A stretch of 32,000 nt of DNA from Candidatus Methanophagaceae archaeon. GTDB lineage: Archaea > Halobacteriota > Syntropharchaeia > Alkanophagales > Methanospirareceae. Each line of letters begins with the position of its first letter. Within the stretch, counting starts at the first letter, position 1. Both the position numbers and the translations under genes were made by a program. Positions 7,898-18,008 of the stretch are shown piece by piece. The notes beneath the pieces are model-generated. The model was not told where the DNA came from. It did not search any database and worked only from the letters and a program-made list of their open reading frames with translations. Location of the stretch: NCBI GenBank assembly GCA_003194425.1, contig PQXB01000004.1:12089-44088 (forward strand). Reading direction: 5' to 3'.

Positions 7898-8640
7898 CTT
7901 TTTCTGTAATCTTGAAGTAGTTCTTGGAGTTTTTCGTCCTTGCTTTTTAGTGCTTCCTCACCGTGCACGCTGCGGATGTGGTCGAAGATGCCGACCTTCT
8001 CAGCACCGCAGAAAGGGCAGACGTAAGTCTTCTTACCGCCCTCTGCTCCTGCTCCTGCTGCTCCCTCTCGTACTGCTCCCTCTCGTACTGCTCCCGCTCG
8101 TGCTGCTCCTGCCCGCGGTCGTCCAAACAGCAGCTGCCTGTAGGAAAGAGAGAACCAGAGCAGGACAGGAAGAGCCACCCTGCAAGTGCCTGAGAGAAAA
8201 ATAACAAAAATCTGGTAAAACTCACTCGGTCCTGGCGGAGGGGCGTTCTGCAGAGAAACATACGAAAGTTGCAAAATCACACGAAATAAGAAGAGAACAG
8301 GAACGCCGACGAGGAGCGTCTTTGCCTTCCTTTTCAACTCACTTTTCAACTTACACTTCACCTCGCCCTTTACCTCGCCCTTTACCTCGCCCTTCACCTC
8401 GCCCTTCACCTCGCCCTTCACCTCGCCCGTCGCCAGCACCAAAGCAGCGAACACGGGGATGCAACTCCGAATTCCCTGCGAGAAAAGGTAGTCGGGTGCA
8501 GCAGGAGTAGGCGAACCTGTCATTTTTAGCACCGCCGAAAAATAAACAGACGCAACAGGAATCCAAAGCAGGTAAAGCAGCGTCGCAAACAAGAGGAATT
8601 TGCCGAGAAACAGTCCGTATTCTTTACTTCTACTTTTCAT
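7894..8640 (-). CDS. Membrane protein (about 4 TM) with internal (GEVK)n loop, A/G/R/E repeat and C-terminal C2H2-like zinc knuckle
   Basis: 248 aa. Hydrophobic segments include FLLFATLLYLLWIPVASVYF, CIPVFAALVLA, LLVGVPVLFLFRVIL and ALPVLLWFSL. C-terminal YVCPFCGAEKVGIFDHIRSVHGEE gives C-x2-C-x9-H-x4-H. Overlaps the upstream gene by 11 nt. Confidence 0.6.
   Translation of the reverse strand: MKSRSKEYGLFLGKFLLFATLLYLLWIPVASVYFSAVLKMTGSPTPAAPDYLFSQGIRSCIPVFAALVLATGEVKGEVKGEVKGEVKGEVKGEVKCKLKSELKRKAKTLLVGVPVLFLFRVILQLSYVSLQNAPPPGPSEFYQIFVIFLSGTCRVALPVLLWFSLSYRQLLFGRPRAGAARAGAVREGAVREGAAGAGAEGGKKTYVCPFCGAEKVGIFDHIRSVHGEEALKSKDEKLQELLQDYRKR
8058..8117. repeat. 15-bp tandem repeat x4 (CTGCTCCCTCTCGTA-like), encodes AGAVREGAVREGAAGAG
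   Basis: Units at 8058, 8073, 8088 and 8103; the first two are identical. Confidence 0.9.
8357..8428. repeat. 12-bp tandem repeat x6 (TTYACCTCGCCC), encodes (GEVK)n
   Basis: Units at 8357, 8369, 8381, 8393, 8405 and 8417, read directly. Confidence 0.95.
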
Positions 8641-9196
8641 TTTTCTCCACCACCTTGTCCCGCCAAATCAGGAAGAGAAGCACGACGAAGAAGATGAGGA
8701 AGACTTGCCAGAGGTAAGTGTGAAAGAGGTCGAGCAGCGAGGGGACGAACGCACCGACCAACGCAGTAGAACTTAACCGCACAAGCGTAATTCCGTAGAG
8801 AACGGGAACGCCGAGCAGTCCGACTGCTTTCTGCTTTAGCCCTGTTGGGTAGGCGAGCACGACCGAGCAGTAGACGATTATCGAAAATATCCCTGTGCAT
8901 TCTCCGATTATATTTACTGTAGCGTCGCCGACCCTACCTCCGACCGTCACAAAACTTCCGTTCGCAGCAGCGTTCAACCCGATTATGTTTAGAAGCAACG
9001 CAACCAAAAACGCAGTAACCTCTCTCGGCACTCTTTGGTCGCCTGCGATTTTGAAATAAGCGAAGTTGAGTGCGAAGCAGAGTGCGAGGAAGAGTGCGAC
9101 TGTCTTTAAAACTTCCTTGTGCTCCTCAAGAACCTCTCTCGTCGGTCTTGTCTTCGCTTTTCTCCCCGCTTCTCCTCTCCTCTTCGCCTTTGTCAT
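8630..9196 (-). CDS. Small exosortase/archaeosortase-family membrane protein (tentative)
   Basis: Polytopic. IIGECTGIFSIIVYCSVVLAYP has a Cys in an xCxG context, followed 40 residues later by Arg (ITLVRLSS) and then His (LFHTYLW). As I recall, this order and spacing fit the exosortase/archaeosortase catalytic residues. ATG at 9196 (MTKAKRR) is preferred; the track uses TTG at 9205. Confidence 0.5.
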   Translation of the reverse strand: MTKAKRRGEAGRKAKTRPTREVLEEHKEVLKTVALFLALCFALNFAYFKIAGDQRVPREVTAFLVALLLNIIGLNAAANGSFVTVGGRVGDATVNIIGECTGIFSIIVYCSVVLAYPTGLKQKAVGLLGVPVLYGITLVRLSSTALVGAFVPSLLDLFHTYLWQVFLIFFVVLLFLIWRDKVVEKNEK

Positions 9197-9221
9197 TAGT
9201 CTCAATTTTTGTCATTAGTCT
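9189..9221. repeat. 14-nt direct repeat TTTGTCATTAGTCT x2 (19-bp period) duplicating the start-codon region of the archaeosortase-like gene
   Basis: Copies at 9189-9202 and 9208-9221. Each carries a CAT (ATG on the minus strand), and the two are out of frame with each other. Confidence 0.9.
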
Positions 9222-9251
9222 TAATATTTCGCCAACTTCCTTAATAACTCG

Positions 9252-9350
9252 ATGTTCTCTTCCATCGATTCAAAAGAAAAGACGCCGACAGAGAGAGAAA
9301 TCGCAGAGCAAATAAAGAAGGCAGTTGAAGGAGTGGAGTTCCCAAATTAA
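9252..9350 (+). CDS. Possible small ORF (32 aa) MFSSIDSKEKTPTEREIAEQIKKAVEGVEFPN
   Basis: ATG at 9252 and TAA at 9348-9350, followed by T6CT7 at 9361-9374. Below the track's length cut-off. No homology known to me. Confidence 0.25.
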   Translation: MFSSIDSKEKTPTEREIAEQIKKAVEGVEFPN

Positions 9351-9360
9351 GACTCCTCTC

Positions 9361-9374
9361 TTTTTTCTTTTTTT
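9361..9374 (+). terminator. Oligo-T tract (T6 C T7), candidate archaeal terminator after the small ORF
   Basis: ttttttcttttttt read directly. Archaeal RNAP terminates at oligo-T runs. Confidence 0.35.
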
Positions 9375-9410
9375 ATCGTTTTAACCTCAAGATAAAATAC
9401 TACAACACAA

Positions 9411-12400
9411 ATGCCAAAAAACACAAACTTCAAGCAGGTAGAAGCGAAGTGGCAGCGGAGGTGGGAGGAGAGCGGGATTTTTGACGCCGAACCCCGCGGC
9501 GGTGCGAAGAAGTTCTTCCTGACCGTCCCTTACCCCTACACCTCCGGACCACTCCACATCGGGCACGGCAGAACGAACACAGTGGGCGACATAATCGCAA
9601 GGTTCAAGCGACTGCAGGGCTACAACGTGCTCTTCCCGATGGCTTTTCATGTTACAGGGACGCCGATTTTGGCGATCGCAGACAGCATTTCAAAAAGCGA
9701 GGGCGAGGTCGTGAAGCTGTACAAAGAATATGTCTCGATTTACGAAGGAGGGGACGCTGCGAGTGCGGCGAGGGTTGAGGAGACGGTTCGCAGTTTCACC
9801 GACGCAGCGAGGGTCGCGGAGTTCTTTGCTGCGCGGATTTCAGAAGACTTCAAGAGAATGGGCTACTCGATCGACTGGCGGCGGAAGTTCAACACCACCG
9901 AGCCGATTTACAACAAGTTCGTCGAGTGGCAGTTCAAGAAACTCTACGATAAGGGAGTAATAAAAAAAGGAAAATATCCAATTACTTTTTCTGCCGCCGA
10001 CAACTCGCCGGTCGGTGAGGACGACATCGAGGAAGGGGACACGAACAAGGTCTCAATCGTCGAGCAGACGACAGTGAAGTTCGAAGTTTCGGACGGCAGT
10101 GGCAGTTACTTGGTTGCGGCAACACTGCGGCCAGAAACGATTTTTGGCGTTACGAACCTCTGGGTGAACCCGACTGCGAAGTATGTTAAAGTCAAAGTTC
10201 GGGTAAGAGCGGGGGAGGAGATTTGGTGGGTCTCGAAAGAAGCAGCGGAGAAGTTGAGCTACCAGCGAGAAGGAGTGGCGGTTTTAGAGGGGGAGACAGA
10301 AGAAGAAGGCGGATTTTTTCTGGGCAAGGTAGTGAAGGTGCCGGTGGCGGGCGGCGGGAGAGAAGTGCCGGTTCTTCCTGCGAGCTTCGTTGACGCGGAC
10401 GTCGGCACTGGCGTGGTCTACTCGGTTCCCGCGCACGCACCTTACGACTACATCGCGTTGGAGGATTTGAAGCGGTCGGGAGTGCTGAAGCGGTCGGGAG
10501 TGCTGAAGCGGTTGGGAGTGCTGGATGCAGAAATCGAGCCGATAAAAATTATTGAGATTGAGGGCTACGAGACAGGACTGCCGGCGAAAGAGATTTGCGA
10601 GCGGCTGGAAATAAAAAGTCAGGCGGACGAGGAGCGGTTGGAGGAAGCCACGCAGACGATTTACAAGGACGAATTTTATCGGGGCGTGCTGAACGAGAAG
10701 TGCGGCGAGTTTGCGGGCGTGAAGATTGCGGAAATAAAGGACGAGGTCAAGGAGTGGCTGAAGCGGGAAAATAAAGGGGATGTGTTTTACGAGACCTCGC
10801 GGAAGGCGGTGACGCGGGGCGGAGGGAAGGTGGTCGTTGCGGTTCTGCAGGACCAGTGGTTCATTGACTACACGCCAAGTTGGTGGAAAGAGCGGGGGCA
10901 CAAACTCGTTGACGGGATGACTTTTTACCCCGCGAAATACAAGGCTTACATGCACGAGATTATTGATTGGCTGACGTTGCGACCGTGTGCGAGGAAGCGG
11001 GGGCTGGGCACGCGGTTTCCGTTTGAGCAGGGATGGGTGATTGAGTCGCTGAGCGATTCTACGATTTATATGGCGTTGTACACCGTGGCACACCTGCTGA
11101 GGGGGTTGCCGGTTGAAAGTTTAACCGAGGATTTTTTTGATTTCGTGTTTCTGGGAATTGGGGACGCAGAGGCGTTGGCGAAGGCTGCGGGCGTTGAAAC
11201 GGGCGTTGAAGCGAGCGTCCTGAAGCGTGTGCAGGAGGAGTTTAAGTACTGGTACCCGAACGACCTGCGGCACACTGCACCGCCGCACCTCTCAAACCAC
11301 CTCGTCTTCTTCTTGATGCACCACGCGGCGATTTTTCCGGAGCGTTGCTGGCCGCGGGCGATTACGCTGAACGAGTTGATGATTCGCGAGGGACGGAAAA
11401 TCTCGAAGAGCAAGGGGAACGTGATTCCGCTGGCGAAGGTCTCGGAACTTTACGGCGTGGATTTGTTCAGGCTCTACTGCGCGATTAACGCGGACTTCGC
11501 GAGCGTGGTAAATTGGCGTGAGCAGGATGTGGACGCTTTGGGGAGGCGGTTTAACGCGGTGGTAGAGCTGTTTGAGGACTCTTTAACTGCGGAGTGTGCG
11601 ACTGTGGAGCGTGCGACTGTGGAGCGTGCGAAAGGGTTGAGAGAGGACGAACTCACGCACGCGGACAGGTGGCTGCTCTCGCGGTTCTACCGAACTTTAA
11701 AGGAAACGGTCGAGCGGTTCGCAGCGTTCCGAATTCGAGACGCGGGCATAAATTTGGTCTTCAATTTGATGAACGACATCAGACACTACGAGCAGCGGGC
11801 GAGCGTTGAGAGGCGGAAGCGGCTCGTGCGGTGCGTGCTGGAGGAGTGGCTGGTGGTTCTCTCGCCGATTGTGCCGCACATTTGCGAGGAGTTTTGGGAG
11901 CGGCTGAGGTTGCAGTTGCAGAGGCAGAGGTCGCACGACTCGTTCGTCTCTTTACAGCGGCTGCCGGAGGTGAAGGAGCGGTTTATTGACGACCGAGTGG
12001 AGCGTGAGGAGGAGTTTTTGGCTGCGTTGGTTGCGGACATAAAAGAGATTTTGAGAGTGGCAAGGATCTCGCCCAAACCTCGCAAAATCTACATTTACAC
12101 CGCGGAGCAGTGGAAGTGGGAAATATTCAAGGCGGTGAAGGACTTGCCAGAGCGGGAAAAGATTAGGAAGGCGGTTCGAGTCAGGGGAAGAAAAGGAGAG
12201 GAAAAAAGCACGGTGGATTTCGTGAAGCAGTTGGTGAAGAGCAAAAGCGGTCTGGAGTATTTTGAGCTTGTGGAGGCGGAGGTTCTGGAGCGTGAAAAGG
12301 AGTATTTAAAGGGGGAATTCGGGTGTGAAATCGGAGTGAACGAGGAGCACGACCCGTTGGGGAAGCGGAGGTTTGCGATTCCGCTGAAGCCTGCGATTTT

Positions 12401-12416
12401 TGTGGAGGGCGGGTGA
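9411..12416 (+). CDS. leuS: Leucyl-tRNA synthetase (archaeal type)
   Basis: 1001 aa. HIGH region PYTSGPLHIGHGRT and KMSKS region KISKSKGN. Also VPAHAPYDYIAL and WFIDY blocks. Confidence 0.95.
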   Translation: MPKNTNFKQVEAKWQRRWEESGIFDAEPRGGAKKFFLTVPYPYTSGPLHIGHGRTNTVGDIIARFKRLQGYNVLFPMAFHVTGTPILAIADSISKSEGEVVKLYKEYVSIYEGGDAASAARVEETVRSFTDAARVAEFFAARISEDFKRMGYSIDWRRKFNTTEPIYNKFVEWQFKKLYDKGVIKKGKYPITFSAADNSPVGEDDIEEGDTNKVSIVEQTTVKFEVSDGSGSYLVAATLRPETIFGVTNLWVNPTAKYVKVKVRVRAGEEIWWVSKEAAEKLSYQREGVAVLEGETEEEGGFFLGKVVKVPVAGGGREVPVLPASFVDADVGTGVVYSVPAHAPYDYIALEDLKRSGVLKRSGVLKRLGVLDAEIEPIKIIEIEGYETGLPAKEICERLEIKSQADEERLEEATQTIYKDEFYRGVLNEKCGEFAGVKIAEIKDEVKEWLKRENKGDVFYETSRKAVTRGGGKVVVAVLQDQWFIDYTPSWWKERGHKLVDGMTFYPAKYKAYMHEIIDWLTLRPCARKRGLGTRFPFEQGWVIESLSDSTIYMALYTVAHLLRGLPVESLTEDFFDFVFLGIGDAEALAKAAGVETGVEASVLKRVQEEFKYWYPNDLRHTAPPHLSNHLVFFLMHHAAIFPERCWPRAITLNELMIREGRKISKSKGNVIPLAKVSELYGVDLFRLYCAINADFASVVNWREQDVDALGRRFNAVVELFEDSLTAECATVERATVERAKGLREDELTHADRWLLSRFYRTLKETVERFAAFRIRDAGINLVFNLMNDIRHYEQRASVERRKRLVRCVLEEWLVVLSPIVPHICEEFWERLRLQLQRQRSHDSFVSLQRLPEVKERFIDDRVEREEEFLAALVADIKEILRVARISPKPRKIYIYTAEQWKWEIFKAVKDLPEREKIRKAVRVRGRKGEEKSTVDFVKQLVKSKSGLEYFELVEAEVLEREKEYLKGEFGCEIGVNEEHDPLGKRRFAIPLKPAIFVEGG
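10470..10523. repeat. 18-bp tandem repeat x3 (AAGCGGTCGGGAGTGCTG), in frame, encodes KRSGVL KRSGVL KRLGVL inside LeuRS
   Basis: Units at 10470, 10488 and 10506; the third has one substitution. Confidence 0.95.
11596..11631. repeat. 15-bp tandem repeat x2.4 (GTGCGACTGTGGAGC), encodes ATVERATVERA inside LeuRS
   Basis: Units at 11596 and 11611, partial third at 11626. Confidence 0.9.
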
Positions 12417-12453
12417 GTTAGTAGGGGTTTTAAAACATTGCAGTAAAATATTC

Positions 12454-12462
12454 TTTTATATA
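12454..12462 (+). promoter_or_regulatory. TATA-like element (TTTTATATA) upstream of tRNA-Met
   Basis: A+T-rich box about 30 nt upstream of the mature tRNA 5' end. A second A+T box lies at 12469-12483. Confidence 0.35.
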
Positions 12463-12492
12463 GTCTTATTTTAAGAATATTAGAGAGTAGTG

Positions 12493-12567
12493 AGCGGGGT
12501 AGGGTAGTTAGGAGATCCCGTCGGGCTCATAACCCGGAGATCGATGGTTCGAATCCATCCCCCGCTA
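12493..12567 (+). tRNA. tRNA-Met (CAT), initiator type
   Basis: Hand-folded. Acceptor AGCGGGG/CCCCGCT with an A1:U72 pair. Anticodon arm TCGGG-CTCATAA-CCCGG has three consecutive G:C pairs next to the loop. T arm GATGG-TTCGAAT-CCATC. Discriminator A; no encoded CCA. Confidence 0.9.
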
Positions 12568-12588
12568 TTTCTGGAGTAATTCGTGAAA

Positions 12589-13902
<1,314 letters not shown>

Positions 13903-13903
13903 T

Positions 13904-15757
13904 TTAGCCTGTTTGTAAAATTTCCAACTCCACAATTTCCCGCCGCTCCACATCCACTAACCCCTTGTCCGTTATTTTCAACTTCGGAATCACAGGCAGA
14001 GCGAGGAAAGAGAGAGCGACAAAAGGAGCCTGCAGCTCGCAGCCCATTTCACGAACCGCGGCTTCCATTTCTTCCTGCTTCTTCACCACAAAGTCCAGCC
14101 CTCGATCGCTCATTAGCCCCGCAATCGGCAGTCCCAACTCTGCCTTCACCTTTACCTTCACTTCACCTCCCTCTCCCCCCTCACCTCCGCTGCCACTGCA
14201 CAGAACTACTCCGCCTCCCAGTTCGCGCAAGCGGTTGCAAGCGAACGCCATTTCCTCTCCGCTCGTGCCTACAACAACGATGTTGTGCGAGTCGTGAGCG
14301 ACTGAGGAGGCGACAGCACCGGTCTTCAAGCCAAACCCTTTTACGAAGCCCAGCCCGATGTTTCCGGTGCCGTGGTGCCGCTCGAGAACTGCGATTTTCA
14401 AAATGTCTCGAGTCGTGTCTACTCCTTTTCCGTCCACTCCACTCACCTCCTCTACGAGCTCCTCGGTCAGGAGTTCTCCTTCTACTAAGCCAATTATTCT
14501 CGCTCTCCTTCTTCCGCCTCTCTTTCTTCCGCCTCCGTCCAAATTTATCTCAAAATCCTCGGGCTTTACTGCTCGCTTTAGCCTCACGCTCTCGCCGTAT
14601 TTTGGGTACTTCCATTTAACAGGGCGAGGAGCGAAATCAAGATCTGCCAAACGCTTTCCGTTCACCACAACCTCCGCCACTTCAAACCGCTCCAAGTTTT
14701 TCAAGAGCACGAGGTCTGCGACCTTGCTGGGCGAAATGCTGCCCAGAAAGTCGTCGAGTCCGAACCACTCCGCGGGGTTCAGCGTGCACATTTGCACCGC
14801 TCTCACAGGGTCGACGCCTTCCTCGACCGCCCTTCTAAAGACAAAGTCCAAGTAGCCCTGCTCCTTCAAGTCCCGTGGCGTTCGGTCGCCGTCTGTAACG
14901 AGAAGGCAGTTCCTCGTCTCTCTCTGCGCCTGTCTCGCGGTTTCCTGTCCTGACTTCAAGAGCGGAGCGAGGCTCTTCAGGTTCTTCGCCACCGACCCTT
15001 CCCTCACAAGCACCCGCAACCCCAACCGCAGTTTCTCTAACGCCTCCTCGTAAGAGACGCACTCGTGGTCTGACCCGACGCCACTCAAAACATAAGCGTT
15101 CAACTCTTTCCCGCGGAGCAGAGGTGCGTGCCCGTCGATCGGGACTTTTAACGCCCTCGCAACCTCTAATTTCTCCCACACCCCCTCCTCCTTCGCCAAG
15201 ACGCCACCGTAATTCATCACCTCTGCCAAGCCGACGACCCGCTCCTCGGTCTGCAGCAGTTCCTTTACCTCTCCCGCACCCAGCCTCGCACCCGAGGTCT
15301 CAAGCCCAAGTTCGGGCTCGGTAGAAGGCACGCAGGAGGGAGCAGTGCAAAACACCTTCAGCGGCGTTGTTTTCGCCTCTTCCAAAATCGCTCGCACGCC
15401 CGCAACGCCCAGAACATTCGCAATCTCGTGCGGGTCCGAGACCACCGCGGTCGTCCCACGAGGCACCACTGCCTTCGCAAACTCGGTCACCGAAAGCAAA
15501 CTCATCTCGATGTGCGTGTGCCCGTCCACCAGTCCCGGAACTGCATATTTACCCTGCGCGTCAATTTCTTCTCTCCCCTTCCACTCGCAACTTCCCACGC
15601 CTAAACCCACTACCACACCACGAGCAACCGCAATCTCGGTCTCGTAAATCTCACCACTGCAGACATTCACGAGGTTCGCATTTTTTATCACCAAATCCGC
15701 TTTCCGCCTGCCCAAAGCAACCTCAACCAAACCCTTCGTCAAGCCCTTCGCTCTCAT
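13904..15757 (-). CDS. ade: Adenine deaminase
   Basis: 617 aa. ADLVIKNANLVNVCSGEIYETEIAVARGVVVGLG and IDAQGKYAVPGLVDGHTHIEMS parallel the B. subtilis AdeC N-terminus and the amidohydrolase HxH motif. Confidence 0.9.
   Translation of the reverse strand: MRAKGLTKGLVEVALGRRKADLVIKNANLVNVCSGEIYETEIAVARGVVVGLGVGSCEWKGREEIDAQGKYAVPGLVDGHTHIEMSLLSVTEFAKAVVPRGTTAVVSDPHEIANVLGVAGVRAILEEAKTTPLKVFCTAPSCVPSTEPELGLETSGARLGAGEVKELLQTEERVVGLAEVMNYGGVLAKEEGVWEKLEVARALKVPIDGHAPLLRGKELNAYVLSGVGSDHECVSYEEALEKLRLGLRVLVREGSVAKNLKSLAPLLKSGQETARQAQRETRNCLLVTDGDRTPRDLKEQGYLDFVFRRAVEEGVDPVRAVQMCTLNPAEWFGLDDFLGSISPSKVADLVLLKNLERFEVAEVVVNGKRLADLDFAPRPVKWKYPKYGESVRLKRAVKPEDFEINLDGGGRKRGGRRRARIIGLVEGELLTEELVEEVSGVDGKGVDTTRDILKIAVLERHHGTGNIGLGFVKGFGLKTGAVASSVAHDSHNIVVVGTSGEEMAFACNRLRELGGGVVLCSGSGGEGGEGGEVKVKVKAELGLPIAGLMSDRGLDFVVKKQEEMEAAVREMGCELQAPFVALSFLALPVIPKLKITDKGLVDVERREIVELEILQTG
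14145..14188. repeat. Short 6-bp-type repeats encoding GGEGGEGGEVKVKVK insert in adenine deaminase
   Basis: ttcacc tttacc ttcact tcacc tccctc tccccc ctcacc tcc, read directly. Confidence 0.85.
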
Positions 15758-15780
15758 AAGCCCTTCGCTCTCATTTTAGA

Positions 15781-17019
15781 TTACAGGCGCTTCAAGACGG
15801 CTTTTACCAGTCCCACCGCCCCTGTCATCATCATATCCCCCGCAGGTGCAGAGAAAAATCCGAGCCCTCTCATCTTCTCACGCCTCGGTCCTGTCAGAGA
15901 AATTATCTCGGGTTTGGTTTTACCCTTTCCCGTTCCAATCGTCAGCGCTCCGTGCCCGCCGTCGGCAAAGACCTCCTCAAATGTTAAGCTTCCGTCTGAG
16001 AGTTTTTTTAGGTAGTAGCTGAGTTTCTGCCTGGCGAGCAGCCGTGTGTGGTGCTCAAAAATACCGGTTATTCTGCTCCCGCTCCCGCTTCCGCTTCCGT
16101 TCTCACTTCCGCTTCCGTTTCCACTTCCGCTTAGCGACATCGCGATTGTGTGCGCGTTCCCGACATTTACGCAAATCAAACTCTTCTTTTCCTTCACCAC
16201 CCCCTTCACCCGCTCGTCCTCAAGCGAGCCCAAGACCGCAGCGGGACCCGTGTCCATCAAAAGCACAGGACCCTTGTGCCAGCTCTTCACGGACTGGAAG
16301 ACCGATTTCATTCTGCTGAGATTGTCTGGCACTGCGTCGAGGTAAGCAAAGGACTCAATTTCCGCTTCTGCTCCTCCACCTCCGCCTGCTTCTCTGCCTG
16401 CTTCTCTCCCTTCCCCTCTCCCTTCCCCTCTCCCTTCCCCTCTCCCTTCTCCCCCTCCTGCTTCTCTGCCAGCCCCGCTGCCAACTTTCTCCGCGATTAT
16501 GCGAAACCGATTTTCTCGGTCGCTAACTCCCGGCGGTGCCACGCCGTGGTCCTGAACCGCGACCGCGACAGCGTCAAAAGAAGTGTCCACGCCGAACGAG
16601 GCGAGGAGCGGGAGAAGTTCGGGGTTGAACTCCGAAATTCTTAAGGGCTTCGCTTTCCCCTTTTTTCCCTCCTTCTCGGTCAGGCTCACTACTTTGTCTG
16701 CTACTTCGTCTTCAGAAATTATCTCGACCCCGTAGCCCCGCACGACTGCCAAGTCGTCTCTCAGCGTTCTCGCCGCCCGTTCGGTTGCGTAGACCTTGTA
16801 TTTCTTGAGGTGCTCGAGCACGGCACGGCTGAACGGACCGCCGCCGATTGTCTCGCCAAAAATCACCAAGTCCTGCTCTGCTCTCCGCACTTCTTCGGCG
16901 AAGAAGCGAGTCGGAGAAGGCAGAACGAGTTTGTAAGCGTTCTCGAAGCCTTCCTCGTCGTCGTAAACCATTATGTCCTGCGTTCCTGCTCCTATGTCAA
17001 CGGCTAATATTTTCATCAC
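15781..17019 (-). CDS. ASKHA (actin-like ATPase) fold protein, DUF1786-like, with two low-complexity inserts
   Basis: N-terminal ILAVDIGAGTQDIMVYD is a phosphate-1 type motif, followed by KLVLPSPT. It resembles my recollection of DUF1786 (PF08735). The family call is tentative. Confidence 0.45.
   Translation of the reverse strand: MMKILAVDIGAGTQDIMVYDDEEGFENAYKLVLPSPTRFFAEEVRRAEQDLVIFGETIGGGPFSRAVLEHLKKYKVYATERAARTLRDDLAVVRGYGVEIISEDEVADKVVSLTEKEGKKGKAKPLRISEFNPELLPLLASFGVDTSFDAVAVAVQDHGVAPPGVSDRENRFRIIAEKVGSGAGREAGGGEGRGEGRGEGRGEGREAGREAGGGGGAEAEIESFAYLDAVPDNLSRMKSVFQSVKSWHKGPVLLMDTGPAAVLGSLEDERVKGVVKEKKSLICVNVGNAHTIAMSLSGSGNGSGSENGSGSGSGSRITGIFEHHTRLLARQKLSYYLKKLSDGSLTFEEVFADGGHGALTIGTGKGKTKPEIISLTGPRREKMRGLGFFSAPAGDMMMTGAVGLVKAVLKRL
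16075..16131. repeat. 6-bp repeat array (GCTYCC-like x9), encodes GSGNGSGSENGSGSGSGS
   Basis: Read directly. Confidence 0.9.
16385..16468. repeat. 12-bp tandem repeat x7 (CCTGCTTCTCTG / CCTTCCCCTCTC), encodes REAGGGEGRGEGRGEGRGEGREAGREAG
   Basis: Units every 12 bp from 16385. Two unit types are arranged symmetrically as A A B B B b A. Confidence 0.9.
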
Positions 17020-17039
17020 AATAAAAACAAAGAAAAAAA

Positions 17040-18008
17040 TTATCCCAAAATCTCAAGCATTCTCTCGATCGCTCGCCTCGCCTTCTCCGCCACCCCCCTC
17101 TCAACGACAACCACCGGCTCCTCGCTCTCCAACGCCGCCTCAATCTTCTCCAGCGTGTGCATTTTCATCTGCGGGCAGACAGCGGTGGCAGAGAGCGGGT
17201 AGAACCGCTTTCCAGGCGCTTCCTTCTCGAGCCTGTGCAGTAGCCCGACCTCGGTGCCGATCAAAAATTCGTCGCCCGCTACGGCACTGCCCTCTACCTC
17301 TTCTCCCGCCTGCTGCTGCCTGCAAATCTTGACCATTCCGCTCGTGGAAGCGATAAAATCCGTACGGTCTTGAACCTCTGGAATGCACTCTGGGTGAACG
17401 ACGACTTTTGCTTGCGGGTGCTCTGCCTTCGCTCTCTCTAAGTCCTGCAGCACGATTTGGTGGTGCGAGGGGCAGAGCCCGTACTCGGGAACAGGAATAA
17501 TTTTCGCAGCGGTCGCTTTTTGTGCGTGGTAAGCCAAGTTGCGGTCGGGACCGAACAAGATTGTAGAAGCGTCCTTCGCCTTCGCCACTGCCCGCACAAT
17601 CTCCTGTGCGTTCGCCGAAGTACAAATGCAGTCCGCGAGTGCCTTGCTCTCGGCGAGCGTGTTCACGTAGAGGACGACTGCGGCGTCTGGGTGCTCTCGC
17701 TTCGCCGCTGCCAAAACCGCGGGTGGCAGCTGCTGTGCCATCGGGCAGACCGCACCCTTGTCGGGAAGCACAACCTTCTTCTCGGGGTTCAGCACCGCCG
17801 CGGTCTCTGCCATAAAATCAACGCCGCAGAAAATTATGATCTCCGCAGTCGTCGCCACCGCCTTCCTCGCGAGTTCAAGGGAGTCGCCAACGAACTCCGC
17901 GATGTCTTGAACCTCGGGTCGCTGGTAGTTGTGAGCTAGAATAATCGCGTTCTTCCTGCGTTTTAAACGCTCTATTTTCTCTACCTGCTCTCTCCTCTCT
18001 GCCCTCAT
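17040..18008 (-). CDS. nadA: Quinolinate synthase
   Basis: 322 aa. [44 protein letters not shown] and CPQMK blocks are typical of NadA. Confidence 0.9.
   Translation of the reverse strand: MRAERREQVEKIERLKRRKNAIILAHNYQRPEVQDIAEFVGDSLELARKAVATTAEIIIFCGVDFMAETAAVLNPEKKVVLPDKGAVCPMAQQLPPAVLAAAKREHPDAAVVLYVNTLAESKALADCICTSANAQEIVRAVAKAKDASTILFGPDRNLAYHAQKATAAKIIPVPEYGLCPSHHQIVLQDLERAKAEHPQAKVVVHPECIPEVQDRTDFIASTSGMVKICRQQQAGEEVEGSAVAGDEFLIGTEVGLLHRLEKEAPGKRFYPLSATAVCPQMKMHTLEKIEAALESEEPVVVVERGVAEKARRAIERMLEILG

Noticed and set aside
10284-11093. 269-aa minus-strand ORF inside leuS
   Set aside because: Antisense to a gene with unambiguous LeuRS motifs.
12583-12588. GTG start for the EndoQ-like gene used by the track
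   Set aside because: The ATG two codons downstream gives the N-terminus MLINADLHIHS, closer to my recollection of EndoQ/PHP N-termini, and has better spacing from GGAG. Either start remains possible.
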